Positions 39,494 through 49,087 of a DNA stretch of 64,000 nt are shown here, piece after piece. The notes beneath the pieces are model-generated. The model was not told the DNA's origin and made no database searches. It worked only from the letters and a program-made list of their open reading frames with translations. The position numbers were made by a program, and so were the translations under genes. The DNA comes from an uncultured bacterium (GTDB lineage: Bacteria; Auribacterota; Erginobacteria; Erginobacterales; Erginobacteraceae): assembly GCA_963822585.1 (NCBI GenBank), contig CAWGIE010000023.1, positions 32,001 to 96,000 of the forward strand, given 5' to 3'. Every line of letters starts with the position of its first letter. Position 1 is the stretch's first letter.

Positions 39494-40069
39494 ATGAAGA
39501 TACCGATCGAGAACGTCATAATCAATGAAGAGGAAAGGATCCGCCGGGACCCGGGGGATATCACCTCCCTGGAGGCATCGATCCGGAAGGTGGGACTTCT
39601 CAACCCGATCCTGGTGGATGAAGAGAACCGGCTGATCGCCGGCTTCCGGCGTCTTCAGGCCTGCCGGGCAATCGGTTGGGAGGAGATCGAGGCGACGGTT
39701 CTCCCCTTCGGGGCCGACCCGCTAAAAATGCTGGATGCCGAAGTGGATGAAAACCTCTTCCGCAAGGATTTTACCCCGGAGGAAGTGGCATCGATAGAAG
39801 AACGTCGGCAGGAGATCCTCCGGAGGCTGCGGGGAAACATCTTCCAGCGTTTCTGGCACTGGCTGAAAAATTTATTCTGCTGTCGGAAACGAAGTGCCGA
39901 AGAGGCAAGCGCATCCGAAACGCAGCCGGAACCGCCGGTGACCTTTGATTTCCGGGAAACGCAGGATACGCCGAAGCCGACCGAGACAGCGGGAACGCCC
40001 GGCCCATCCGCTGACCATGAGCCCTCCGGAGAGAAGATAGAAGAACCTGTCCCACCCGTCTCCCCGTAA
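39494..40069 (+). CDS. ParB/Srx N-terminal domain protein
   Basis: RIRRD.GDI..LE.SIR..GLLNPI....LIAGFRRL.A...EVDENL.RKDFT; disordered Pro/Glu tail. Confidence 0.8.
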   Translation: MKIPIENVIINEEERIRRDPGDITSLEASIRKVGLLNPILVDEENRLIAGFRRLQACRAIGWEEIEATVLPFGADPLKMLDAEVDENLFRKDFTPEEVASIEERRQEILRRLRGNIFQRFWHWLKNLFCCRKRSAEEASASETQPEPPVTFDFRETQDTPKPTETAGTPGPSADHEPSGEKIEEPVPPVSP

Positions 40070-40090
40070 CCAGCCAAAAAGACCCCATTA

Positions 40091-40313
40091 CCCCGGCCCC
40101 TTTGAATAGCCGCAAAAAGGCGCAAAAACCGCAAAATGTTCCCCTGCCCCGGCCCCTTTGAATAGCCGCAAAAACGAAGTCCCGAGGAGACCGAACGGTC
40201 TCTTTTCGGGAGGCGCAAAAACCGCAAAATGTTCCTCTGCCCCGGCCCCTTTGAATAGCCGCAAAAACGAAGTCCCGAGGAGACCGAACGGTCTCTTTTC
40301 GGGAGGCGCAAAA
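40091..40313 (+). repeat. Tandem repeat: one 56-bp unit, one 93-bp unit and one partial unit; the last two carry a 37-bp hairpin insert
   Basis: Units start at 40091, 40147 and 40240 (ccccggcccctttgaatagccgcaaaaa...). Confidence 0.88.
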
Positions 40314-40494
40314 GATCCCTCTACCCGGGCCTCATTTTTTAAGCACCTGATTAAACCGGCTATTCCCCTAATCGCGGTCCTTTTTTTTGATTCCTATCCG
40401 ACGGATCGGTCGGATCCGACGAATTCGACTGATCGGGAACGTTCATGCTTTTTCCATCCGGGCGAACACGGAAATTCACCCTACAGATTACCGA

Positions 40495-41754
40495 TTACTG
40501 ATCACCGATAACCATATCCTCCTCTCTCGCGACTTCGATCCGGGTCGGCAGCCCGACGTATCCCTCCATCCGGCGGGGATTCTCGATCCGGATGATGGCC
40601 GCGTTGTTGATCCAGTTCAGAGTGCGATAGGTGCCGGGCCCGGTAATGGATGAGGCGGCGGGGTTGATCGAGTAGGTTCCGGCGGCCAAGTCGGCGCGGT
40701 GGCGGAAAACCACCGTGCAGCGGTCTCCCTTCCGGAAGTTTTCCGGCGGCATTCCTTCCCAGTCGGTATTGGTTCCAAACACATTCAGCCCGAATTTGTT
40801 CCGGAAAATGTTGCCAAACGCGAACTTCTCCACATCCGTGTGGAAAGTGACGTGGAACCGGATGGAAAATTCTTCCCCGTTCCGGAAGCAGGTCTTCGGC
40901 TCTCCCTTTCCGTCCAGCAGCTCGATCGAGGAAATCTCCGCCTCCCCGGTACCGTAGCGGCTGTAGTCAGACGGCCGGTGCCGGGCCGCGGCCGCCTCCC
41001 CGGAGGAACGCTCGTCATCGCGCCCCTGGATCAGGGCCAGGTACTGGTCCGCTATCTCCCCCGGATCGCCCCGGGCCAGGAGCCGGGAATAATCCAGGAT
41101 CATGGCCTGGTGGCAGATGTTGCGCACGCTCTCGATGTCGTGGGTGACATAGACCAGGGTCTTCCCCTGCTCCTGAAAGTCGCGGATCTTCCGCATGCAC
41201 TTATGCTGGAAGTAGGCGTCGCCCACGGCCAGGACCTCGTCGATCAGCAGGATATCGGGGTCCAGGGTGACGGCGACCGCGAAGGCCAGCCTGACGTACA
41301 TCCCGCTGGAGTAGGTCTTGACCGGCTGATCGATGAACTCGCCGATCTCGGCGAAGGCCGCGATCTCGTCCATCGAGGCTTTAATCTCGCCGGGTTTGAG
41401 CCCCAGGATGATCCCGCTCAGAAAGGCGTTCTCGCGGCCGGTGAAATCGGGGTTGAAACCGGCGCCCAACTCCAGGATGGTCGAGACCCGTCCCCGGACG
41501 GAGACGGTCCCCCCGGTCGGTTCCATGATCCCGGCCATCAGCTGGAGGATGGTTGTCTTGCCGGAGCCGTTCTGACCCAGGATACCCAGCGTGACCCCGG
41601 AGGGGACCTCCAGGCTGATATCCCGCAGGGCCCAGAACTCGCGGTGATACCGCCGCCGATCCCGCCGGAGAGCTTCCTGCAAGCGCTGGAGGGGACTCTC
41701 GTAGATCGGGTATTTCTTGGAGACGTTCTTCAGTGTTATGGCATTTTCACTCAT
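40495..41754 (-). CDS. wzt: Polysaccharide ABC exporter ATPase with C-terminal Wzt_C domain
   Basis: GQNGSGKTT, YSSGMYVRLAFA, LLIDEVLAVGD, RYGTGEAEI C-terminal domain. Confidence 0.92.
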   Translation of the reverse strand: MSENAITLKNVSKKYPIYESPLQRLQEALRRDRRRYHREFWALRDISLEVPSGVTLGILGQNGSGKTTILQLMAGIMEPTGGTVSVRGRVSTILELGAGFNPDFTGRENAFLSGIILGLKPGEIKASMDEIAAFAEIGEFIDQPVKTYSSGMYVRLAFAVAVTLDPDILLIDEVLAVGDAYFQHKCMRKIRDFQEQGKTLVYVTHDIESVRNICHQAMILDYSRLLARGDPGEIADQYLALIQGRDDERSSGEAAAARHRPSDYSRYGTGEAEISSIELLDGKGEPKTCFRNGEEFSIRFHVTFHTDVEKFAFGNIFRNKFGLNVFGTNTDWEGMPPENFRKGDRCTVVFRHRADLAAGTYSINPAASSITGPGTYRTLNWINNAAIIRIENPRRMEGYVGLPTRIEVAREEDMVIGDQ

Positions 41755-41787
41755 GACCGCAATTTGAATTCATTCAACAAGGAATAA

Positions 41788-41875
41788 TGGAGTATTGGAG
41801 TGATGGAGTAATGGGTGGCAGCCGCGGCGGCCGCCCGGTTTCCAACACTCCACTACTCCAGCACTCCATCACTCC
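41788..41875. repeat. 8-nt-periodic imperfect inverted repeat without cargo
   Basis: tggagtattggagtgatggagtaatgg ... ccaacactccactactccagcactccatcactcc. Confidence 0.7.
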
Positions 41876-41885
41876 GGTTTTTGTA

Positions 41886-42695
41886 TTAAATCACGTCAAC
41901 AAATGCCTTCTTCGTCTTGTTGTACCACCAGAGGCCAAACAGGAAGAGTACCGCTCCCAGAATCAGAACGTAAAAGTACATGGTCCAGTCGGGCAGACGT
42001 CCCCGGAGGAGGATCTCCCGGTAGTTGTGGATCAGGGCGGCGGCCGGGTTCACCGTCAGCCAGAAAGACAGTTTGCCCCCGAAGGCCTGCCTCAGGAAGT
42101 ACTCCGGATAAAAGATCGGGGTCAGGAACATCCAGCAGAGCGTCCCCAGCGAGACGGCCTGCCTGATATCGCGGATGAAGACGGCGATCCCGGCCAGTAC
42201 CCAGCCGATCCCGGCGGTGAGGAGAAGCTGGGGGATGATCAGAAGCGGAATCAGGAGCCAGGTCCAGAAGGGACCCGATCCCAGTACCAGTATCCCGGCC
42301 AGGAGAACGACCAGCCCGATGCACTGGTGGACGAGAGCCGAGCAGACGGCCTTCAGGGGAAGGACCTCGGCGGGGAAGATGACTTTCTTCACCATGCTGA
42401 CATTTTCGATGACCACCGTCGTGCAGCGGTTGAGGCCCTCGCTGATCGCCAGCCAGACCACGATCCCGCAGAAGACTTCGAGAGCGTAAGCCGAGAGGCG
42501 GGGATCGTTCTCCAGGCGGAGGCCGAGCAGGCCGCCGAAGACGGCGGTATAGATAACCAGGAGGGCGATCGGCTCGATAACCGACCAGACCACCCCGAAG
42601 ACGGACCCCCGGTACTTCCCCAGAACGTCCCGTTTCACCAGGGCGTAGAGCAGATATTTATGCCGGATTAGCTCTGTCAAATCGCGTAAAAGCAT
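41886..42695 (-). CDS. wzm: Polysaccharide ABC exporter permease
   Basis: RDVLGKYRGSVFG..W, VKKVIFP, FIRDI, LTPIFYP, FVDVI terminus. Confidence 0.92.
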   Translation of the reverse strand: MLLRDLTELIRHKYLLYALVKRDVLGKYRGSVFGVVWSVIEPIALLVIYTAVFGGLLGLRLENDPRLSAYALEVFCGIVVWLAISEGLNRCTTVVIENVSMVKKVIFPAEVLPLKAVCSALVHQCIGLVVLLAGILVLGSGPFWTWLLIPLLIIPQLLLTAGIGWVLAGIAVFIRDIRQAVSLGTLCWMFLTPIFYPEYFLRQAFGGKLSFWLTVNPAAALIHNYREILLRGRLPDWTMYFYVLILGAVLFLFGLWWYNKTKKAFVDVI

Positions 42696-42954
42696 TGGAA
42701 TACCGCGTATTCAGCGTTATCAACAGTCCCGAGAAGTCGATGATTGCAATGAGGCAAGAATAGCATTCCCCGAGGGACAAATCATCATTTTTATATCTCT
42801 CTCCGCGCCGCCGTATGATATCATGCGCCCTGTTCGGAATGAGAAAACAATGCTCCCGGCAAAAACAGAGAGCCGGCGAGTAAGGTAAAAATCCGCGGAC
42901 CGAGTTATCGAAACGGAAAGGGTCGAGACTTCATTCCCGGCCGCCAGACTGCTG

Positions 42955-43956
42955 ATGTTTACTCTGTCAGGGATAAAGAAAAGAGGTGGCAACATTCTCC
43001 GCTCCCTCTGCCGGCGAGACGCCAATTTCTGGGACGCGGCCGTAAAATCGATCCGTCGGAAAGGAGGCAAACCCCGGGACGTGACGATGCCCCCCGGTGT
43101 CATTTTCTTTGAGAACCTCTACCTCTGGGAGCGGGCGGTTATGGAGCCCATCAGCGGCCGCCGCCAGGATACCCCGGTGGACTGGTTCTTCCGGACGTTC
43201 GTTAAGGAAAAGGCATCCCGCGCCCTCAGTATTTCCTGCGGGACCGGATTCTGGGAGAGAAGAATTGCCGAGATGGGGTTTGCCGCGGAGGTTGACGCCT
43301 TTGATTATTCCCGGGCCTGTCTGGACTGGGCCGCGGATCTGGCCCGCAAGGGCGGCCTGAATAATATAAACTACTGGCAAGCCGATATTAATAAGATCAG
43401 TCTGATACCGGAACATTATGACTTCGCGATCTCAGTGGCCGCGCTTCATCATGTCAGTAATCTGGATTACGTCCTGCAGGAAATCAATCGTTCTCTGAAG
43501 CCGGGGGGCGTTTTTTTCTTCGATGAATACGTGGGACCGAACCGGATGCAATGGCCCGACGAAGTCTTGCGGATAGTGAACAGCGTTCTTAAAATCATGC
43601 CGCCTCGGTACCGGAAGGATCTCTCCGGCCGGATCAAAGAAAGAGAAGAACGCGTCCCGGTTAACAAGATGATCAAGATCGATCCCACTGAAGCCGTCCG
43701 CTCCGCGGATATCCTGGATGTCGCCGGCCGCTATTTCGAGGTGCTGGAGAAGCGGGAATACGGGGGAGCCATCCTGATGCCCCTCTTCATGAACATTATC
43801 GGCAACTTCGATGCCGCGCGGGAGGAGGACCGACGCATTCTCGATTTTTGCCTGTATCTGGAAAAGAGTTTGCTTGAAAACGGAGTTATTAAAGCCAACG
43901 GGGTGGTGGCAGCCTGCCGGAAAAAGGAGAGCACAGTTTCACCGAGAACTTGCTGA
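42955..43956 (+). CDS. Class I SAM-dependent methyltransferase
   Basis: LSISCGTG, AALHHV, LKPGG, EYVGP, DPTEAVRS. Confidence 0.85.
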   Translation: MFTLSGIKKRGGNILRSLCRRDANFWDAAVKSIRRKGGKPRDVTMPPGVIFFENLYLWERAVMEPISGRRQDTPVDWFFRTFVKEKASRALSISCGTGFWERRIAEMGFAAEVDAFDYSRACLDWAADLARKGGLNNINYWQADINKISLIPEHYDFAISVAALHHVSNLDYVLQEINRSLKPGGVFFFDEYVGPNRMQWPDEVLRIVNSVLKIMPPRYRKDLSGRIKEREERVPVNKMIKIDPTEAVRSADILDVAGRYFEVLEKREYGGAILMPLFMNIIGNFDAAREEDRRILDFCLYLEKSLLENGVIKANGVVAACRKKESTVSPRTC

Positions 43957-43961
43957 GGCCC

Positions 43962-44960
43962 ATGGGAACAGAAAATGACAAAATGACCTTTGACCAGCTC
44001 CAGCGATATCGTTTCTGCGCGGACGTGGTTGAGACGACCCGGCGGAAAAAGCATTTAACCATTCTGGACGCCGGCAGCCACCAGGGGTATCTCGCTTCGT
44101 TTCTCCCGGAAGACCGCATCTTCAACCTCGACCGGTGTTCTTTTCCCGAACGCGGGTTTGTCCGGGGGAACGTTCTTTCCCTGCCCTTTTCCGACGCCGC
44201 TCTCGACGTCTCCGTCTCCCTCGACATACTGGAACACATCGCCGGGCCGGACCGCGTCTCTTTTCTCGATGAACTCTCCCGGGCCAGCGGGGATATCCTG
44301 GTGATCGGGGCCCCTTTCTCAGGCCCGGAAATCAGGGAAGCTGAAAAACTGGCCCTCGAGTTTTGCGTAAAAATGACCGGCGCGGAGCATGGCTTTCTGG
44401 CCGAGCACCGAAAGGAAGGGCTCCCGGCATTGGACGAGGTCACCGGATGGGCGGCAACGCGCGGATTTCAGACGGTGGTACTTCCCAACGGCTATCTCTA
44501 CCACTGGCTTTTAATGATCTGCTTGAACTTCTATCTGGCCCAGTTGAAGGAACCCTGGGAATTTATTTTTGCCGTCAACCGGTTTTATTTCAACCGGTTT
44601 TACGCGCACGATAACCGGGAACCCTCATACCGCCACTTTGTCGTCATCAGTAAAAAAGGAGCTCTCGATCAGGAAGCTCTGCGGAAGGTATCTGTTTCCC
44701 CGGATACATCACCGATGCCGGATCTGGGGACCGTGCTGAAAGAGATGAATCGAATCCTGGATTTCGTCCACACGGAGGAAGTCTCGCGATTGGCCGATGA
44801 GCTCGGGGCGTTGAGAAAGAAACGGGATGAACTCTCGGAGAAGCTGGATCGGACAACGGTCCGGCTGGAAACACTCCGGGCCGAACTGGAAGGCATCAAA
44901 TCCACCCGGGCTTATCGTATCTACCGGAAGACCGTGGGGAGATTCAGGAAAAACACATAA
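43962..44960 (+). CDS. SAM-dependent methyltransferase with C-terminal coiled coil
   Basis: ILDAGS, LPFSD, DILEHI; heptad-rich tail ending STRAYRIY. Confidence 0.8.
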   Translation: MGTENDKMTFDQLQRYRFCADVVETTRRKKHLTILDAGSHQGYLASFLPEDRIFNLDRCSFPERGFVRGNVLSLPFSDAALDVSVSLDILEHIAGPDRVSFLDELSRASGDILVIGAPFSGPEIREAEKLALEFCVKMTGAEHGFLAEHRKEGLPALDEVTGWAATRGFQTVVLPNGYLYHWLLMICLNFYLAQLKEPWEFIFAVNRFYFNRFYAHDNREPSYRHFVVISKKGALDQEALRKVSVSPDTSPMPDLGTVLKEMNRILDFVHTEEVSRLADELGALRKKRDELSEKLDRTTVRLETLRAELEGIKSTRAYRIYRKTVGRFRKNT

Positions 44961-44983
44961 AGTTAAATGATTCTTTCCATCCG

Positions 44984-47900
44984 TTACCGGGTGATGGGGA
45001 TATCGCCGACGGAACCGAAATAGACCCGGGTGGTCCCCCTGACCGCCCAGAGACCCGCGTTTTCCCGGAAGATACCGAGCTCGTCTCCGGGGGAGCCGTT
45101 ATAATTGCCCGGCACCGGCCGGTCGGACGCGCTGCCGAAGTAACTCCTGGTCACGCCCCTGATCGCCCAGAGTCCGGAGGAGGGACGGAATATCCCCGTT
45201 TCCCAGACCGTGTCCCCGTTATAGTCGCCGGGGACGATCAGGTCGTAACCGTTGCCGAAGTATACGCGGCTCACCCCCCGGATGGCCCAGAGTCCTGACG
45301 TCGGCCGGAAAACGGCCATGTTTTTTCCGGGCGCCGTTCCATACCGGCCGGGGACGGGCTGATCGCCCGATCCTCCGAAATACACCCGGCTGATCCCACG
45401 GATCGCCCAGAGGCCGCTGTTACGCCGCCAGATCCCCAGATCGCAGCGGCCGTCGCCGTTGTAATCCCCGGGAACCGGGGTGTCGGAGGAGGAGCCGAAA
45501 TAAACCCTGGTTACCCCTTTCACCGCCCAGAGGCCGGAACCCGGCCGGAAGAGTCCGATGTCGGTTGTACCGTTTCCGTCATAATCCCCCGAAACCGGCA
45601 GGTCGGAACCTGAACCGAAATACGCCCGGGTGATGCCTCTCACCGCCCAGAGACCGGCGGATGGCCGGAAGATGGCGATATCCGCAGAGCCATCACCATT
45701 GTAATCGCCGGAACCGAGGATCAGTGAACCGGAATCAGGCGTGGGTGACGGTCGGGGACCAGGAATTACCGGATTTCCCCTTACCGCCCGGACATAATAA
45801 CTATACGTTTTTGGAAATAAATCCCCGCCACCACCGAGTAAAGAAACCGTCCAGGCCTTGGTTTCGGCATCCTGGTACATCGAAGTCGAAGACCAATACA
45901 AATCGTTATGGGTACCGGAAAAAACAGAATTAATAGCGGGGTTATAATTACCCAGGTCCACAATACTGTATAATTCCATTTGATTAGGCAGCCGCCAATC
46001 GGAATAACCCGCGAAGGGCTGCTGATTAAGTCCCTGGATATACTGAAAAGCGCCTTCCCAGTCCTTCTTATTTCCGCTGTCACTCTGCTGCCAGACCAGC
46101 CCGGTGACGGTATCGGAAACCGTGCCATTACCGTTATCAATAAATCGGCTGCTCCCATCTCGGGGGAAACCGGCCTGATTGGCGCCGTCGTCGCCGAGAT
46201 CATACCATCCGGAGGGGTGGACGACCTCCGTCTGCCCGGTCCGAGGAAATCCAATCAAGCTGATTCCGTTATAAAAACTGCGGCACGCCCGAACGACACC
46301 CAAGACGTCGGGGGTAATTCCAGCGGACAGAAGCTGACCATAAGAATAATTGAGGCGGAATATTTCCGTGGGGCCGCTCCCCCCGGTACAACTGGAGGAC
46401 CAATAAGGATCGTAAACGGTGTCAACGAAAACGACGGGAAAGGAGAAACTTTTCCCCAGATCGCGGGTGGAAAGTAACTCAAGACAATTGGGAAGACGCC
46501 AATCGGAATATCCGCCATAGGCGGCATAGTTCATCCGGGCGATATACTGAAAGGCTTCTTCCCAGGTCATGGAGCCATGAAGGTCGCCGAAGGTTTCTCC
46601 ATGGCTGCAATTTTTCTGCCACATCAATCCGGTGGCCCAGTCGATGACGGTACCATTTCCGGTGTCCTCCCAGCGGGTACCGGATGCCGGATAACCGATC
46701 TGGGTCACACCATCATCCCCTTGATCATAGCTCCCTGCCTCATGATAGTGGGACGTCTGGCCGGTCCGGGGCAAGCCGTAATAGAGGTGCGTGTAGGGTG
46801 GTGGGGGTGGGCCGGGAGGCGGGGTTGGTCCCCAGGCCGGCGTCGGGCCCATGCCCGGTGTCGGGGTCGTGGTTTGAGGGCCGATGTACTGCCCGGGGCC
46901 GCCGATCACCGCCTTGACGAAAAGTTCCTCGGACTCAAGACGAAAAAGGGCGCCGCCGGTGGTGAAATTAAAAACCCAATGATCATTAACTACCTTATGC
47001 CGTGTGGTGCTGGTCCAGTGGTCCTCGGCGACAGTGAATCCTTGAAAGATCGGATCCACTGCCGGCCAAAAATGGCTGTAATCAAACAAACTGACGAGTT
47101 CCTGATAATTCGGCAAGCGCCATTGGGAATATCCGCCGACATGGCGTTTATTCATTTCCCGCACATAAAGGAATGCCTCTTCCCAGGTTAGTCTTCCGCT
47201 GTATTCACCCACGGGGAGATACGCGCTGTCGGTTTTCTGCCAGATCAAGCCGGATGCGCGGTCAGTCACCGTGCCGTCGTCATTATCGGTAAACCTTTCC
47301 CCCTGGCCGGCGGGATATCCGGCTTGAATCGCGCCGTCGTCACCCGGATCATTTCCTGAAGGATAATGAATGATATTGGTCTGTCCGGTCCGGGGGAAGC
47401 CCCAGGTCCCGGACTCGGGGTTCAGGGACCTTACCGCCCGGACGTAGCCGGAGTCTTCGGAGGAGTTCTCCATATTGATCCAAGCGGTAAGACCCTCATC
47501 GAAATTCACCTGGTAACAACTTCTCCCATTGATCAGGTCGGCATAAGTGGTGGATCCCCAATAGCCGACATCAGTTTTAATCCCGGTAAAGAGCGATGAA
47601 ATTGCCGGGTAGGACCGACCTAGATCCGTTAAGGAAAAAATCTCCTTGACGTTGGGCAGCCGCCAGTCTCCATAGCCTTTGAAATTTTGACTATTCAGCG
47701 ATGCCACGTAAGCAAAAGCATTGTTCCAGGTCATCTTATACCCACTGTCTCCCTGCTGCCACATAAGCCCGGTCGCATGGTCAGTCACCGTCCCGTTTCC
47801 GTTGTCCTGAAATCTGGTCCCGGTCAGAGGGTAACCGACCTGGGTGGAACCGTCGTCACCCAGGTTGTAATCGCTCCCCGAGTAGAAAACTGCGGTCTGG

Positions 47901-49087
47901 CCGGTCTTGGGAACGCCATAGCGGGGATAGGGGGTTGGAGAGGGATGGGGAGGAGAGGGGGTGGGAACGTAAACGGGTCCGCCTCGAACCGCCCGGATAT
48001 AGTTGGAAGAACTCTTATCCGTGGGGAGCCGCCAGCCCGATGACCAGGCGACAGTCCAGGCCGAAGTAGCGGGGATTACTCCCCAGCGGGTGGTGCTGCT
48101 CCAGTAAGACGCTTTCTGAGTATAATCCTTAAAGATGGGATCGATAATCGGCCAGAAATAGCCGAAATCAAGCAACGAGACCAGCTCCATATAATTAGGC
48201 ATCCGCCAGTCGGTATAACCGGCATATGCCTGGGCGTTCATGGCGGCAATGTAAGCAAATCCTTCTTCCCAGGTCAGGGAGCCGGAGTAACCACCGAATG
48301 ATTGGGAAGCACTATCTTTCTGCTGCCAGACCAGACCGGTCGCCGCCTGGCCCACCGTCCCGTTTCCGTAATCAACAAAGCTTGACCCGGTACGCGGAAA
48401 ACCGCTCCGGGTGGCTCCATCGTCACCCGGATAGAAGCTCTGTGTCTGACCGGTCCTGGGAAAGCCAACGGTTCCGGACGTGGGGAGATACGACCTCACC
48501 GCCTTGACATAATAGCTGAACTGGCTTGCCAGGGAGACAAACTGCACATGGCCTTCCAGAAAAATTACCACATATATTTTTTGATCGTTTTGAATATCAA
48601 GAGAAGTGCCGGACCAATATTCCGCGCCCTGCAAGGACAATATATTATAACTGGCCGGTGCCCAGATCCCGGCATTGGTGAGAGATGCTAATTCCTTGAT
48701 GTTGGGCATCCTCCAATCGCTGTAACCGCCGTATTTCGCCTGATTCATCGCGGCCACGTAAGCAAAAGCGTTGGTCCAAGTCAACTTCCCACCCCAGCCC
48801 CCGAAGGTCTGGCTGTAACTATCCTGTTTCTGCCACATCAAGCCGGTGTCCCCGTCGGTCAGGGTCCCGTTCCCGTTATCGTGAAAAGACAGGCTTCTCC
48901 TCCCGTTTAAAGGATAGCCGGCCCTGATCGTTCCATCATCACCCAGGTCAAATCCGTTGGGAGAATGATAAATATCAAACTGGCCGGTCCGGGGCAGACC
49001 ATAGTCTACAGCGGCAACACCGCCGGGGACAAAGAGCCCGAAAATTAGCAGGAGCAAAATAGCTGTTATTTTCCCATCCGATTTCAT
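44984..49087 (-). CDS. Large secreted protein with six DUF1566 (Lcl C-terminal) domains and C-terminal GDYNGDG repeats
   Basis: Six DxGxGT...TGLxWQ...WRxPN..EL...(Y/H)W units each preceded by P(R/K)TGQ; Pro/Thr linkers; signal peptide from ATG 49087. Confidence 0.88.
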   Translation of the reverse strand: MKSDGKITAILLLLIFGLFVPGGVAAVDYGLPRTGQFDIYHSPNGFDLGDDGTIRAGYPLNGRRSLSFHDNGNGTLTDGDTGLMWQKQDSYSQTFGGWGGKLTWTNAFAYVAAMNQAKYGGYSDWRMPNIKELASLTNAGIWAPASYNILSLQGAEYWSGTSLDIQNDQKIYVVIFLEGHVQFVSLASQFSYYVKAVRSYLPTSGTVGFPRTGQTQSFYPGDDGATRSGFPRTGSSFVDYGNGTVGQAATGLVWQQKDSASQSFGGYSGSLTWEEGFAYIAAMNAQAYAGYTDWRMPNYMELVSLLDFGYFWPIIDPIFKDYTQKASYWSSTTRWGVIPATSAWTVAWSSGWRLPTDKSSSNYIRAVRGGPVYVPTPSPPHPSPTPYPRYGVPKTGQTAVFYSGSDYNLGDDGSTQVGYPLTGTRFQDNGNGTVTDHATGLMWQQGDSGYKMTWNNAFAYVASLNSQNFKGYGDWRLPNVKEIFSLTDLGRSYPAISSLFTGIKTDVGYWGSTTYADLINGRSCYQVNFDEGLTAWINMENSSEDSGYVRAVRSLNPESGTWGFPRTGQTNIIHYPSGNDPGDDGAIQAGYPAGQGERFTDNDDGTVTDRASGLIWQKTDSAYLPVGEYSGRLTWEEAFLYVREMNKRHVGGYSQWRLPNYQELVSLFDYSHFWPAVDPIFQGFTVAEDHWTSTTRHKVVNDHWVFNFTTGGALFRLESEELFVKAVIGGPGQYIGPQTTTPTPGMGPTPAWGPTPPPGPPPPPYTHLYYGLPRTGQTSHYHEAGSYDQGDDGVTQIGYPASGTRWEDTGNGTVIDWATGLMWQKNCSHGETFGDLHGSMTWEEAFQYIARMNYAAYGGYSDWRLPNCLELLSTRDLGKSFSFPVVFVDTVYDPYWSSSCTGGSGPTEIFRLNYSYGQLLSAGITPDVLGVVRACRSFYNGISLIGFPRTGQTEVVHPSGWYDLGDDGANQAGFPRDGSSRFIDNGNGTVSDTVTGLVWQQSDSGNKKDWEGAFQYIQGLNQQPFAGYSDWRLPNQMELYSIVDLGNYNPAINSVFSGTHNDLYWSSTSMYQDAETKAWTVSLLGGGGDLFPKTYSYYVRAVRGNPVIPGPRPSPTPDSGSLILGSGDYNGDGSADIAIFRPSAGLWAVRGITRAYFGSGSDLPVSGDYDGNGTTDIGLFRPGSGLWAVKGVTRVYFGSSSDTPVPGDYNGDGRCDLGIWRRNSGLWAIRGISRVYFGGSGDQPVPGRYGTAPGKNMAVFRPTSGLWAIRGVSRVYFGNGYDLIVPGDYNGDTVWETGIFRPSSGLWAIRGVTRSYFGSASDRPVPGNYNGSPGDELGIFRENAGLWAVRGTTRVYFGSVGDIPITR

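Noticed and set aside
39494..40069. Chromosome or plasmid partition locus
   Set aside because: No parA, no HTH/dimerisation domain and no parS recognised; only the N-terminal ParB/Srx domain is present.
44984..49087. Diversity-generating retroelement
   Set aside because: No reverse transcriptase or template repeat is seen in the window.
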